A DNA stretch of 64,000 nt from NCBI GenBank assembly GCA_023269085.1, contig JAHFML010000002.1, positions 1,266 to 65,265 of the forward strand, in the 5' to 3' direction. Source of the stretch: a bacterium (GTDB taxonomy: Bacteria > Patescibacteriota > Minisyncoccia > Phycocordibacterales > Phycocordibacteraceae). Made by a program: the position numbers and the translations under genes. Position 1 is the stretch's first letter. Each line of letters begins with the position of its first letter. Below the pieces are notes generated by a model that was not told the DNA's origin, did no database searches, and saw only the letters and a list, made by a program, of their open reading frames with translations. Shown here piece after piece: positions 9,572-18,651 of this stretch.

Positions 9572-10285
9572 CTATTTCACCCCGATGGAAGTAAGGAAGG
9601 TGGCGAGCTCGTCGCCCTCGATAGCCCGCCACTTGCCCGACTTCAAATCTTCGAGACGGATGTTGAGGATGCGGGTACGCTCGAGCTCGACGACGACATT
9701 GTGGAGCGCGGCGACCATGCGGCGGATCTGGTGCTTCTTGCCCTCGGTGAGGGTGATATTGAATGACCGCGGCCCCGTCTTGCGCACGAGGCATGGCCGT
9801 GTCATATAGCCCTCGATGTCGACGCCGCCCTCCATATACTTCTTGAAGCTCTCGCGAAGCGGCGTCTCCACGCGCACGCGATATTCCTTGTCATGAGCGT
9901 AGTCGGGGTTCAAGAGGCGATCGGTCACACGGCCGTCGTTGGTGAGGATCATGAGCCCGCTTGAATCCTTGTCGAGCCGCCCGATGGGGAAGACCTCGGA
10001 TAGCTCGGGCGCGAGCTTCACGCTCTGCTTCACATCCTTCTCGCCCTCTTGCGGCGAGTGCGTGATGACGCCGATGGGCTTGTTATAGGCGTAGTAGAGG
10101 AGCCTCTTGGGCGACGCCTTGCCGACCACCTCGACCTTGTCGGCCGCAAGCACCTTGTCGCCGAGCGCCGCAACGCGGCCATTCACGCGCACCGCGCCAC
10201 GCGCGATGATCTCGTCGGCGCCGCGCCGCGTGGCGAGCCCTTGGTGGGCGAGATACTTGTTGAGGCGCATCGGCCATGTGTCCAT
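9572..10285 (-). CDS. rluB: RluB/RsuA-family 23S rRNA pseudouridine synthase (true start MDTWPMRLNKY at 10285)
   Basis: S4 domain at N-terminus, catalytic GRLDKDSSGLMILTNDG motif. The longer ORF upstream of 10285 is antisense to the ABC-F gene and was rejected. Confidence 0.8.
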   Translation of the reverse strand: MDTWPMRLNKYLAHQGLATRRGADEIIARGAVRVNGRVAALGDKVLAADKVEVVGKASPKRLLYYAYNKPIGVITHSPQEGEKDVKQSVKLAPELSEVFPIGRLDKDSSGLMILTNDGRVTDRLLNPDYAHDKEYRVRVETPLRESFKKYMEGGVDIEGYMTRPCLVRKTGPRSFNITLTEGKKHQIRRMVAALHNVVVELERTRILNIRLEDLKSGKWRAIEGDELATFLTSIGVK

Positions 10286-10339
10286 AGGGGCACTATAGCG
10301 CGTTTTCCATTTTCTCCTAAAGTGCGGTACGGTGAGGCT

Positions 10340-11803
10340 ATGGCACGCGAAGAAAGTGTTATCCATTTTGAAGAAGTCTCGTTTGAATACGGGCACAACA
10401 AGCCTATTCTCGACGAGGTCGATTTCACCCTGCGCCGTGGGATGAAGATGGCGGTCATGGGCCAGAATGGCGCGGGGAAGTCGACCCTCTTCGCGCTCAT
10501 GACGGGCGCACTCACGCCAGAGAGCGGCGAGATCAACCGCTCGCACGGGATGAAGGTGGCGACCGCGGCGCAGGTGATCCCGCGCGAGAAGATGGCGCTC
10601 ACGGTGCGCGACTTCTTCTCCTCCTATTTCGATACAAAGGTGTATGACATCGACCCGAAGATAGACGCCGTGCTCGAGGTGGTCAATCTCGTCGGGCACG
10701 AGAAGTTGCACGACCGGCTCGTGCAGAGCTTCTCGGGCGGGCAACAGGCACGGCTCCTCCTCGCCTCGGCTTTGATCCAAGACCCTGACCTCCTCCTCCT
10801 CGACGAGCCGACCAACAATCTTGACACCTCCGGCATCGCGCATCTCACGAAGTTCCTCGTCGACTACGACAAGACCGTCGTCGTTATCTCGCATGATGCC
10901 GAATTCTTAAACGCTTTCACCACGGGCGTGCTCTATCTCGATGTCTTCACGCGGAAGGTCGAGCAGTATCCGGGCAACTATACCGATGTAGAGCGCGATA
11001 TCCTGATCCGTATTGAAAAAGAAAATCGCAAGAACGCCCAGCTCGCAAAGAAGATTCAGGATAATAAAGACAAAGCGAACTTCTTTGCGCAGAAGGGCGG
11101 CAAGATGCGTCTCGTCGCCAAGAAGATGCGCACCGAGGTTGAAGAGATGGAGGAGGCCAAGGTCGATGTGCGGAAGGAGGACAAAGTCATTCGGCCGTTC
11201 ATTATTCCCGCGCAAGCGGAGCTGAGCGGCACGGTTTTTTCTCTCACCTCCTACACCGTGCTCGGTGCGAAGGGGAAGCCGATCGAGAAGAAGGCGAATA
11301 TCAATTTGCGCAAGAATAATCACCTGCTCCTGCGCGGGCCGAACGGCATCGGCAAGAGCACCCTGCTCGAAGCGATCGCTCGTGGCACTGCCCAAGGCGC
11401 GACGCTCACCGAAGGCGTGAAGGTCGGCTACTATCGCCAAGACTTCTCGACGCTCGACTTCGGCGCGACCGTCTTTGATGCACTTATGAAGGTGATGGGC
11501 CAGCCGGACGAGAAGCGCTTACGCTCGGTCGCGGCGAGCTTCCTCATCACGGGCGACGTGATCGGCACCAAGATCGGGAGCCTTTCAGAAGGGCAGAAGG
11601 GGCTCGTCGCCTTCGCCTCCTTGGTGCTCGAGCGGCCGGGGCTCCTTATCCTCGACGAGCCGACCAACCATATCAACTTCCGCCACTTGCCCGTCATCGC
11701 GAAGGCGCTTTCCGAATTCGAAGGCGCGATGATTCTGGTCTCCCACGTCCCCGAATTCGTCTCCCAGATCCGCATCGACGACATTTTGGATTTGGAGAAG
11801 TAA
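10340..11803 (+). CDS. ABC-F family ATPase (two tandem ABC domains, no TMD)
   Basis: Two Walker A (GQNGAGKST, GPNGIGKST), two signatures (FSGGQQ, LSEGQKG), charged linker between the domains. Confidence 0.8.
   Translation: MAREESVIHFEEVSFEYGHNKPILDEVDFTLRRGMKMAVMGQNGAGKSTLFALMTGALTPESGEINRSHGMKVATAAQVIPREKMALTVRDFFSSYFDTKVYDIDPKIDAVLEVVNLVGHEKLHDRLVQSFSGGQQARLLLASALIQDPDLLLLDEPTNNLDTSGIAHLTKFLVDYDKTVVVISHDAEFLNAFTTGVLYLDVFTRKVEQYPGNYTDVERDILIRIEKENRKNAQLAKKIQDNKDKANFFAQKGGKMRLVAKKMRTEVEEMEEAKVDVRKEDKVIRPFIIPAQAELSGTVFSLTSYTVLGAKGKPIEKKANINLRKNNHLLLRGPNGIGKSTLLEAIARGTAQGATLTEGVKVGYYRQDFSTLDFGATVFDALMKVMGQPDEKRLRSVAASFLITGDVIGTKIGSLSEGQKGLVAFASLVLERPGLLILDEPTNHINFRHLPVIAKALSEFEGAMILVSHVPEFVSQIRIDDILDLEK
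11763..11803 (+). repeat. native 3' end of the ABC-F gene (...SQIRIDDILDLEK*) = repeat copy A
   Basis: 40 nt identical to 12942-12981; degenerate copy at 13503-13546. Confidence 0.85.
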
Positions 11804-11828
11804 ATTTCTCTATTAAATTACTATAATC

Positions 11829-12377
11829 ATGTCTGTAAAAATAACCTATTTCGTTCACGGTACTACGACAGACAACGAGAAGAATATTTCTTCGGGCTGG
11901 AAGGATGTTGAATTGTCTGAACTTGGCGTACAGCAATCTGTCGATTTGAAGAAGGAAACGGAAGACAAGGAATTCGATGTTGTTTTTTGCTCTGATCTAC
12001 AGCGTGCTCACAACTCAGCAAAACTCACATGGGAAGGCATCTATCAGATTATCCCGGATATGCGTCTCCGTGAATGCAATTATGGTGCACTGAATGGTGC
12101 CTCGTCAGATATTGTCGAGCCAATGCAGGAAGATGAGAGTGTCACAAAACCCTTTCCTGAAGGTGAAAGCTATGAGGACGTAAAGACTCGCGTTGCAGAT
12201 TTCCTCGTGTTTCTAAAGCAGAACTACGATGGTAAACATATCGCTATCGTTGCACATAAAGCACCACAACTCTCACTCGAAGTGCTTCTTAATGGTAAAA
12301 CGTGGAAACAGGCACTTGCCGAAGATTGGCGGAAAGAGAAGATGTGGCTCCCTGGTTGGGAGTATGAACTAAGATAG
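11829..12377 (+). CDS. histidine phosphatase (phosphoglycerate mutase-like) family protein
   Basis: N-terminal YFVHGTT catalytic His motif, HKAP second His region; lower-GC cassette. Confidence 0.6.
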   Translation: MSVKITYFVHGTTTDNEKNISSGWKDVELSELGVQQSVDLKKETEDKEFDVVFCSDLQRAHNSAKLTWEGIYQIIPDMRLRECNYGALNGASSDIVEPMQEDESVTKPFPEGESYEDVKTRVADFLVFLKQNYDGKHIAIVAHKAPQLSLEVLLNGKTWKQALAEDWRKEKMWLPGWEYELR

Positions 12378-12395
12378 TTGTGGTATAATCGTGAT

Positions 12396-12623
12396 ATGAA
12401 AAGCATCATCCAATTTCAAATCTCTGAAAGCGATGGGGGGTATGTTGCCGAGGGCATCGGCGTGCCGATTGTGACGCAAGGCGATACCCTTGATGAACTT
12501 ACCGCGAATATTCGCGAAGCGGTCGAGTTGTATGTCGAGGACGAAGATCTCGTTGAGCTTGGTCTTGTAAAATCTCCGTCGGTGCTGGTCAATTTCGAAC
12601 TTCCGGCGCTCGCACATGCCTAA
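12396..12623 (+). CDS. hicB: HicB-family antitoxin (UPF0150)
   Basis: Small acidic protein immediately upstream of, and overlapping, the HicA-like gene. Confidence 0.65.
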   Translation: MKSIIQFQISESDGGYVAEGIGVPIVTQGDTLDELTANIREAVELYVEDEDLVELGLVKSPSVLVNFELPALAHA

Positions 12624-12858
12624 ACCGAGAAGATTATCAGGAGCAGATATTATAAAGATCTTTGAGGAGTTTGGTTTTACTATCAAAAATCAGCGGGGAA
12701 GCCATATAAAACTCACGCGCAGTTGTCTCGGCACTACGCAAGCGTTACTCGTCTCGAATCACAAAGAGCTAAAGACGGGTGCAATCGTCGGTATATTCAA
12801 ACAAGCATTGCAATACATCCCAGAACCTGATCTTCGCAGTCATTTCTATTCAGAATGA
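12616..12858 (+). CDS. hicA: HicA-family mRNA interferase toxin
   Basis: IIKIFEEFGFTIKNQRGSHIKL matches the YcfA/HicA motif (GSH). Confidence 0.7.
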   Translation: MPKPRRLSGADIIKIFEEFGFTIKNQRGSHIKLTRSCLGTTQALLVSNHKELKTGAIVGIFKQALQYIPEPDLRSHFYSE

Positions 12859-12875
12859 AATTGCGCTTTGTGTGC

Positions 12876-12932
12876 AACCGCGTACCAAATCGCTCCTATA
12901 GGAGCGATTTGGTACGCGCATTGCGGACATAA
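12876..12932. repeat. imperfect ~55-bp palindrome (core cgcgtaccaaatcgctcc-tat-aggagcgatttggtacgcg) at the cassette boundary
   Basis: Perfect 18-bp arms plus imperfect outer arms, no U-tract; sits just before repeat copy B. Confidence 0.6.
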
Positions 12933-12940
12933 GTCTGTCG

Positions 12941-12982
12941 CCCAGATCCGCATCGACGACATTTTGGATTTGGAGAAGTAGA
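12941..12982 (+). repeat. duplicate copy B of the ABC-F 3' end (encodes ...QIRIDDILDLEK*)
   Basis: 40/40 nt identical to 11764-11803; stop is TAG instead of TAA. Confidence 0.85.
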
Positions 12983-13025
12983 GTCTCCATGTCGACCCAA
13001 AGGTAAGCGCTTGCTTAGTATGAAG

Positions 13026-13409
13026 CTATTCGCCAGAAGGAATATTCGATAAGCTATCTCGAATTCTTTTTTGGAAGACGGGAGTGTTCAATTTCTCAAG
13101 GAGAAGCCGCATGTCTTCTTTATTGAGAGGAAGGGTTTCGTCAAGTGGCTTGAGAAGCTCGTCGAGTTTTTCTAAAATCGGTGTCACAGTCTCTTTATCC
13201 ATTTCTTTTAAATCACTTCCAGCAAGGCCGAGCCGCTCAAGAAGTTTCCAAGCACCCACTCGATTTTCGTCTGCAGTGCGCGAAACCATTTCAACATATG
13301 TACGAATCAATCCAGTCGTTTGACTAACACGCTCGTCGAGTGATTTCTCAACATTCATTTCGATCCCTCCTTTGTTCGCTGGCTTAGAATCAAGATTTTC
13401 AATTCCCAT
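13026..13409 (-). CDS. hypothetical protein 127 aa (second cassette)
   Basis: ORF track; AT-rich; sigma70-like promoter (TTGATT...TAGTAT) upstream on the minus strand. Confidence 0.4.
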   Translation of the reverse strand: MGIENLDSKPANKGGIEMNVEKSLDERVSQTTGLIRTYVEMVSRTADENRVGAWKLLERLGLAGSDLKEMDKETVTPILEKLDELLKPLDETLPLNKEDMRLLLEKLNTPVFQKRIRDSLSNIPSGE

Positions 13410-13502
13410 ATAATTTGTTTATTTCTTGTAAGACACGAATCCGCACATATACTAGCATAATCCTAACCGTTCCTAATCAAAAAGAACTCGATCGGGGAAC
13501 AA

Positions 13503-13546
13503 TCTCCCAAATCCGCATCGACGACATTCTTGATTTGGAGAAGTAA
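13503..13546 (+). repeat. degenerate copy C of the ABC-F 3' end (ISQIRIDDILDLEK*)
   Basis: 3 mismatches vs copy A over 44 nt; retains reading frame and stop. Confidence 0.75.
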
Positions 13547-13578
13547 GGTGGAAATAGTGCGCTATAGTAGGGCTATCT

Positions 13579-14955
13579 ATGAACCACACCACTTTCGAGC
13601 ACGAGGTTGAAGAAGCCTTTGAAGCGCCAGCGAAGGTGCTCGCAGGGGGCGTCGAGTTTGTCGAGCGAGAAGAGCAGAAGCTCGCCGAGGAGCCGATCGT
13701 CAAGGGTGCAGGGAGATATTGGAAGACGCTCGGGCCCGGCCTCACCACCGGCGCGGCCGACGACGACCCCTCGGGCATCGCGACCTACTCGCAGGCGGGC
13801 GCGAGCTACGGGCTCCAGCTCATCTGGCTCTCGCTCTTCACCTACCCATTCATGGCGACGGTGCAGGAGATGTGCGCGCGCATCGGCATCGTGTCGGGGC
13901 AAGGGCTCGCCGCGAATATCAAGAAGCACTACCCGGCGTGGGCGCTCTATGGCGCGGTCGGCCTCCTCTTCTTCGCGAATACGCTCAACATCGCCGCCGA
14001 CCTGAACGCGATGGCCGCCGCCGCACAATTGCTCGCGCCGAATATCGGCCTCGATCTCCTCGTCATCTTCTTCGCGCTCGTGAGCCTCGCCCTCCAGATA
14101 TTCATCCCGTATGCGCGCTATGCGAATTATTTGAAATATCTCACCTTCTCGCTCTTCTCGTATGCCATCGTTGCGCTCTTGGTACATCTCGACTGGGGCG
14201 CAGTCATCTATCACACCCTCGTCCCCTCGCTCTCCTTCTCGGCCGATCAGCTCTTCCTCGTGTGCGCGGTGCTCGGGACGACCATCTCGCCCTACCTCTT
14301 CTTCTGGCAATCGTCGCAGGAGGTCGAAGAGGATGTGAAGCGCGGCGAAACCTCGGTCGCGAGTCGTCAGGCACACGCGACGCCGCACGCGCTCCGCCGG
14401 ATGCGCGTCGATGTGTGGAGCGGTATGGCATTCTCCAATCTCGTCTCTTTCTTCATCTTCGCCGCGTGCGCGGGGACGCTCCATGCGCATGGCATCACCA
14501 ACATCGCGACGGCCGACCAGGCCGCGCTCGCTCTCAAACCTTTCGGCGATTTCGCCTTTCTCCTCTTCGCGCTCGGCATCCTCGGGACCGGGCTTCTCGC
14601 GATACCGGTCTTCGCGGGATCGACCGCGTATGCCTTCTCTGAGAGCTTCGGCTGGAAGGAAGGGTTGTATAGGAAGTTGAAGCAGGCCTACGCATTCTAC
14701 GGTGTCATCATCGTTTCGACCTTGCTCGGCATCATCGCGGTCTTCGCGCATCTCGACCCTATCAAGGGGCTCATTTATGCCGCGGTCGCGAATGGCGTCA
14801 TCGCGCCGATCCTCCTCGTCTTCGTCGTGCGGCTCTCGGGCAACAAACGCATCATGGGCGCTCATGCGAGTCGCCCACTCGCCGCCGCTCTCGGCTGGGC
14901 GACGATCCTCATCATGGCCGTCTCCGGTGTCGCCGCGCTGGTGACGCTGGGTTGA
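13579..14955 (+). CDS. mntH: NRAMP-family divalent metal (Mn2+/Fe2+) transporter
   Basis: GPGLTTGAADDDPSGIATYSQAG consensus, 11-12 TM helices. Confidence 0.8.
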   Translation: MNHTTFEHEVEEAFEAPAKVLAGGVEFVEREEQKLAEEPIVKGAGRYWKTLGPGLTTGAADDDPSGIATYSQAGASYGLQLIWLSLFTYPFMATVQEMCARIGIVSGQGLAANIKKHYPAWALYGAVGLLFFANTLNIAADLNAMAAAAQLLAPNIGLDLLVIFFALVSLALQIFIPYARYANYLKYLTFSLFSYAIVALLVHLDWGAVIYHTLVPSLSFSADQLFLVCAVLGTTISPYLFFWQSSQEVEEDVKRGETSVASRQAHATPHALRRMRVDVWSGMAFSNLVSFFIFAACAGTLHAHGITNIATADQAALALKPFGDFAFLLFALGILGTGLLAIPVFAGSTAYAFSESFGWKEGLYRKLKQAYAFYGVIIVSTLLGIIAVFAHLDPIKGLIYAAVANGVIAPILLVFVVRLSGNKRIMGAHASRPLAAALGWATILIMAVSGVAALVTLG

Positions 14956-14974
14956 TGCAACACCATGATTGAAA

Positions 14975-15003
14975 CAAAAAATCCGCCAGAGGCGGATTTT
15001 TTG
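14975..15003. terminator. bidirectional rho-independent terminator (aaaaaATCCGCCagaGGCGGATttttt)
   Basis: Perfect 7-bp GC stem flanked by A-run and T-run. Confidence 0.8.
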
Positions 15004-15088
15004 TGGGCGTTTGGCTACAGCGACTTCTCTCCGAGACAAACAAAACGCGCCGGCAAGCCGGCGCGGTGAAGCAGATGGAAGTGAAGGA

Positions 15089-15658
15089 TCAGTCGACGTA
15101 ATCCACACCGGAGTTAGCATCGCGCCACGCGAGATAATTTCCGTGAGCGATGGCGATACACGCGTCGGCGACCATGCTGGAGAGCATTCGGTCGTAATGT
15201 GATGCCAGACCCGAACAGGCCACGACGATGCCGTCTCGTTTGACGCCACCCCAATAGGGCGTGTCGCCCCGCAAGAGCAAATGCGGCACTGAGTTCGGGC
15301 CACCAAAGTTCCGGTCGTCCCAGAGCTGTAATGCTTTGCATTCGGCCAAGTCTTGGTAAAGGGCTTGCTTCGGCACAAGGGCGTCGCCGTTGGTGTATCG
15401 TGCAAACACGAACGGCACGATCTCGTGCGCAGGATAGGAACCCATCTTTTTCATTTCGGGCACGAGCATCAGTACGTGCATGTCAGGATTCCCCAGCGAG
15501 AACGTATCGAACACGAACTTCGCAATGTCCGCCATGAGGCGGCAGACAGTGGCTTGTTCAAGAAAAGCAGGGGTGATGGATTCGGGCATGGAAGCCTCCC
15601 TCAAGTTTTGGAACGGATTGTCCGGTGAGAGTAAAGCACGAGGTTTGTGGTGCGTCAA
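15089..15658 (-). CDS. hypothetical protein 189 aa (cassette inserted after mntH)
   Basis: ORF track; own terminator hairpin cgcgccggc-aag-gccggcgcg at 15043-15063. Confidence 0.45.
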   Translation of the reverse strand: MTHHKPRALLSPDNPFQNLREASMPESITPAFLEQATVCRLMADIAKFVFDTFSLGNPDMHVLMLVPEMKKMGSYPAHEIVPFVFARYTNGDALVPKQALYQDLAECKALQLWDDRNFGGPNSVPHLLLRGDTPYWGGVKRDGIVVACSGLASHYDRMLSSMVADACIAIAHGNYLAWRDANSGVDYVD

Positions 15659-15660
15659 TC

Positions 15661-15712
15661 GGCGTAGCGATCATCATGGCCATCTCCGGCGTCGCCGCGC
15701 TCGCGACGCTGG
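15661..15712 (+). repeat. diverged duplicate of the mntH 3' end (encodes ...IIMAISGVAALATLG*, cf. native ...ILIMAVSGVAALVTLG*)
   Basis: About 85% nt identity to 14899-14955, frame and stop retained. Confidence 0.7.
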
Positions 15713-15735
15713 GGTGAGAGCTGATTGCGGCTACT

Positions 15736-16680
15736 TTAATCGTGGTAAATAAATGTCGGGGTCATTGTGCCATCTGGATTTATTACGCCAACAGCAACGA
15801 CAATATCTCCCGTATGCAAGTCGGAAAAGGTAATAGATTTCCCGCGCGCGTCTTGTATCTGAGTAGTTGATGCCGTAAAGACTCCAAGGAGCTCTTTGTT
15901 TTCAGTGAGTATATAGATACCCTCCACTGGTTTAGTTACTCTCGTCTGTATTGTCCCTATAGCCGATTTCGTGGTGGCTGTTGATATTTGTCGTGATGGA
16001 GATGCTATATTCTGTTGCGATGCTATCGTTGTGGGTGCTGGTGCTCCTATCGAGGACTGTGGTATCGGAGCGGACACATGAGGAACAAGGAAGATGATGT
16101 AGAAGATCGCGCTGATAGCGAAAGTTATGAGCATAACCTGAAGCAAGAAGAATGCGCCCACTAGGATAACAAATATCTGCTCAAAGATATTTAGGTGTAT
16201 ATCCCAACCACGCTTCTTTGTCATATGGTAGACGAAGTAGTATGCAAGAGGGGGTGAGAAGAAACAAACAGCGGTGAGCAAGACACTGCCTTTTCCTATC
16301 ATGAAAAGGGTCAATGCCCAGACGCCTCTCATGATTGCGATGCCGAAGAGGATGCCAATGGGGAATAAGAAGAATATTATAAATGGTATGTGAAGTTTTC
16401 CGATGAAACCAATCAGCATCAATGGCAGCATGTTCTTCCAAAAGATGCCTCGAAACTCTCCCCATGCAAGTTGGCGAGTGACCGATTCGGGTCTCTGGGG
16501 TGATGCAATAGGAGATGAAATATTCATTGTTCCAGCAGTACCGCTCTCGAGAGAGGTGAATGCTTCGTCGATTGTGGCTTGAGTGTGACCAGATTTCAGC
16601 AAGGTCTCAATTATTTGCTCTTTTGTTTGACCCTGATTGAGCTCGTTCCTGATAAAATTTAAGAGTCCTAAATCGGCCAT
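15736..16680 (-). CDS. polytopic membrane protein, hypothetical (lower GC)
   Basis: ORF track; 5-6 TM helices. Confidence 0.5.
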   Translation of the reverse strand: MADLGLLNFIRNELNQGQTKEQIIETLLKSGHTQATIDEAFTSLESGTAGTMNISSPIASPQRPESVTRQLAWGEFRGIFWKNMLPLMLIGFIGKLHIPFIIFFLFPIGILFGIAIMRGVWALTLFMIGKGSVLLTAVCFFSPPLAYYFVYHMTKKRGWDIHLNIFEQIFVILVGAFFLLQVMLITFAISAIFYIIFLVPHVSAPIPQSSIGAPAPTTIASQQNIASPSRQISTATTKSAIGTIQTRVTKPVEGIYILTENKELLGVFTASTTQIQDARGKSITFSDLHTGDIVVAVGVINPDGTMTPTFIYHD

Positions 16681-16800
16681 GAGAGTATGGTTATTGTTGG
16701 TTAATTACTTAATAAGTATATCACGAGCAAACGGGGTATCTTGCATTCGTGGCTGTTTATTATATAGTAGGAGCACCAGCCCACGGGCTATTTTTATTTT

Positions 16801-18603
16801 ATGGAAATTAGAAACATTGCTATCATCGCGCACGTTGACCACGGGAAGACCGCGCTCACGGACGCTATCCTCAAGCAGACAGGCGCCGCCGCCGAGGGCA
16901 CCTCAATGGACAGCAACGCGCTCGAGCGCGAGCGGGGCATCACTATCTATGCCAAGAACGCGGCGGTTGAATATAAAGGGACGAAAATAAATATCGTCGA
17001 CACGCCCGGGCACGCCGACTTCGGCAGTGAGGTCGAGCGCGTTCTCCGCTCTATCGACTCGGTCTTGCTCGTCGTCGATGCGCAGGAGGGGCCGATGCCG
17101 CAGACGCGCTTCGTGCTGAAGAAGTCGCTCGAGCTCGGGCTGAAGCCCATCGTCGTTATCAACAAGGTCGACAAGCCGGCTGCCGACCCGGCGCGCACCG
17201 AAGAGCAGGTGCTTGAGCTCTTCCTCGAGCTCGGCGCCTCTGACGAGCAGAGCGATTTCCCGGTTATCTATTCTATCGGGCGCGAAGGCCGCGCCGCGCG
17301 CAAGGTCGAAGATTTGAAGAATGATTCACCAGCAGGGAAGGATCTCGCGTCGCTTCTCGACCTTATACTTGAGAAGGTCCCGGCGGCCAACGCGACGGCC
17401 TCGGCCGAGGCGACCCTGCTCGCCCAGCCCTTCAACCTTGCCTACGACAACTTCCTTGGGCGCATGGCGGTGGTGCGCGTGTATCAGGGTACCGTGAAGC
17501 CGGCGCAGAATGTCTTTTTGAAAACGGTCTCGGGCGAGACAATTGCCGGCAAGACGACCAAGATCTTCACCTTCAAAGGGCTCGAACGCGTCGAGGCGAC
17601 CGAAGCGGTTGCGGGCGATATCGTCATGGTCGCGGGGCTCCCCGACATCTTTATCGGCGAGACGCTCACGACCGATGCGCAGGCGACACCGCTCCCTGCT
17701 ATCGCCGTCGACGAGCCGACTATCGAGCTCAACTTCCTCGTCAATAATTCACCCTTCGCCGGCCGCGAGGGGAAGTTCGTCACGAGTCGCCAGATTCGCG
17801 AGCGCCTCGAGAAGGAGCTCGAGGTCAATGTTGGCTTGCGGGTTGATTTCGCGAACTCAGATGCCTTCAAGGTCGCCGGCCGCGGCGAGCTCCACATCGC
17901 GGTCTTGCTCGAGAACATGCGTCGCGAGGGGTACGAGCTCCAAGTCTCTCAGCCGCGCGTCATCCTCCACGAGGAGGACGGCGTCAAGAAGGAGCCGTTT
18001 GAAGAAGCTATCATCGACATCCCGTCTGAGTTCCAGGGTGCGGTTATTGAGAAGCTCGGTCAACGCGCCTTCATCCTCCAGAACATGACCCAGCATGAGA
18101 ACCTCGTGCGCCTCACGATGCACGGGCCCACGCGCGGGCTCCTCGGCTACAAAAACATTTTCGTCGTCGACACGCGCGGCGAGGGCATCCTCTCCTCGCG
18201 CTTCGTCGGCTTCGAGCCGTATGCGGGCGAGATCAAGAAGCGCGTCGTCGGTTCGATGATCTCGATGGCGAGCGGCAAGGTGCTCGGCTATTCGCTCTGG
18301 TACTTGCAGGATCGCGGGGTGCTCTATATTAAGCCCGCGACTGAGGTCTATGAGGGTATGGTTATCGGCAACACGAGCAAGGGCGAAGAGATGATGGTGA
18401 ACCCGACCAAAGGGAAGAATCAGTCGAACGTCCGCTCCTCGGGCAACGACGAGGCGATTATCCTCTTCCCGGCATTCGATATCACGATCGAGCGCGGGCT
18501 CGAGGTTATGGTCGAAGACGAATATTTGGAAATCACGCCCAAGAGCGTCCGCCTGCGCAAGCAGTACCTGACCGAGAACGACCGCGCGAAGAGCCGACGG
18601 TAA
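16801..18603 (+). CDS. typA: translational GTPase TypA/BipA
   Basis: [21 protein letters not shown]; domain order of BipA. Confidence 0.9.
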   Translation: MEIRNIAIIAHVDHGKTALTDAILKQTGAAAEGTSMDSNALERERGITIYAKNAAVEYKGTKINIVDTPGHADFGSEVERVLRSIDSVLLVVDAQEGPMPQTRFVLKKSLELGLKPIVVINKVDKPAADPARTEEQVLELFLELGASDEQSDFPVIYSIGREGRAARKVEDLKNDSPAGKDLASLLDLILEKVPAANATASAEATLLAQPFNLAYDNFLGRMAVVRVYQGTVKPAQNVFLKTVSGETIAGKTTKIFTFKGLERVEATEAVAGDIVMVAGLPDIFIGETLTTDAQATPLPAIAVDEPTIELNFLVNNSPFAGREGKFVTSRQIRERLEKELEVNVGLRVDFANSDAFKVAGRGELHIAVLLENMRREGYELQVSQPRVILHEEDGVKKEPFEEAIIDIPSEFQGAVIEKLGQRAFILQNMTQHENLVRLTMHGPTRGLLGYKNIFVVDTRGEGILSSRFVGFEPYAGEIKKRVVGSMISMASGKVLGYSLWYLQDRGVLYIKPATEVYEGMVIGNTSKGEEMMVNPTKGKNQSNVRSSGNDEAIILFPAFDITIERGLEVMVEDEYLEITPKSVRLRKQYLTENDRAKSRR

Positions 18604-18608
18604 AGACA

Positions 18609-18651
18609 AACAACGCAAAAGGCCGCTCTCTCGAGCGGCCGTTTGCGTTGT
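18609..18651. terminator. long perfect hairpin terminator between typA and ssrA (acaacgcaaaaGGCCGCTCtctcGAGCGGCCgtttgcgttgt)
   Basis: Stem of 8 GC-rich bp extended by an outer stem. Confidence 0.7.

Noticed and set aside
10286-10894. N-terminal 200-aa extension of the track ORF 9572-10894
   Set aside because: The pseudouridine synthase family begins at MDTWPMRLNKY (10285). The extension is antisense to the ABC-F gene and has no family resemblance.
13573-15405. 610-aa minus-strand ORF antisense to mntH (and similar long antisense ORFs: 19920-21521, 43904-45517, 31057-32193, 29701-30624, 61284-62225, 59963-60955, 6776-7666, 8207-8779)
   Set aside because: They lie antisense to genes with strong family signatures, are Arg/Ala/Asp-rich low-complexity sequence, and are the expected artefact of GC3 bias in a high-GC genome.
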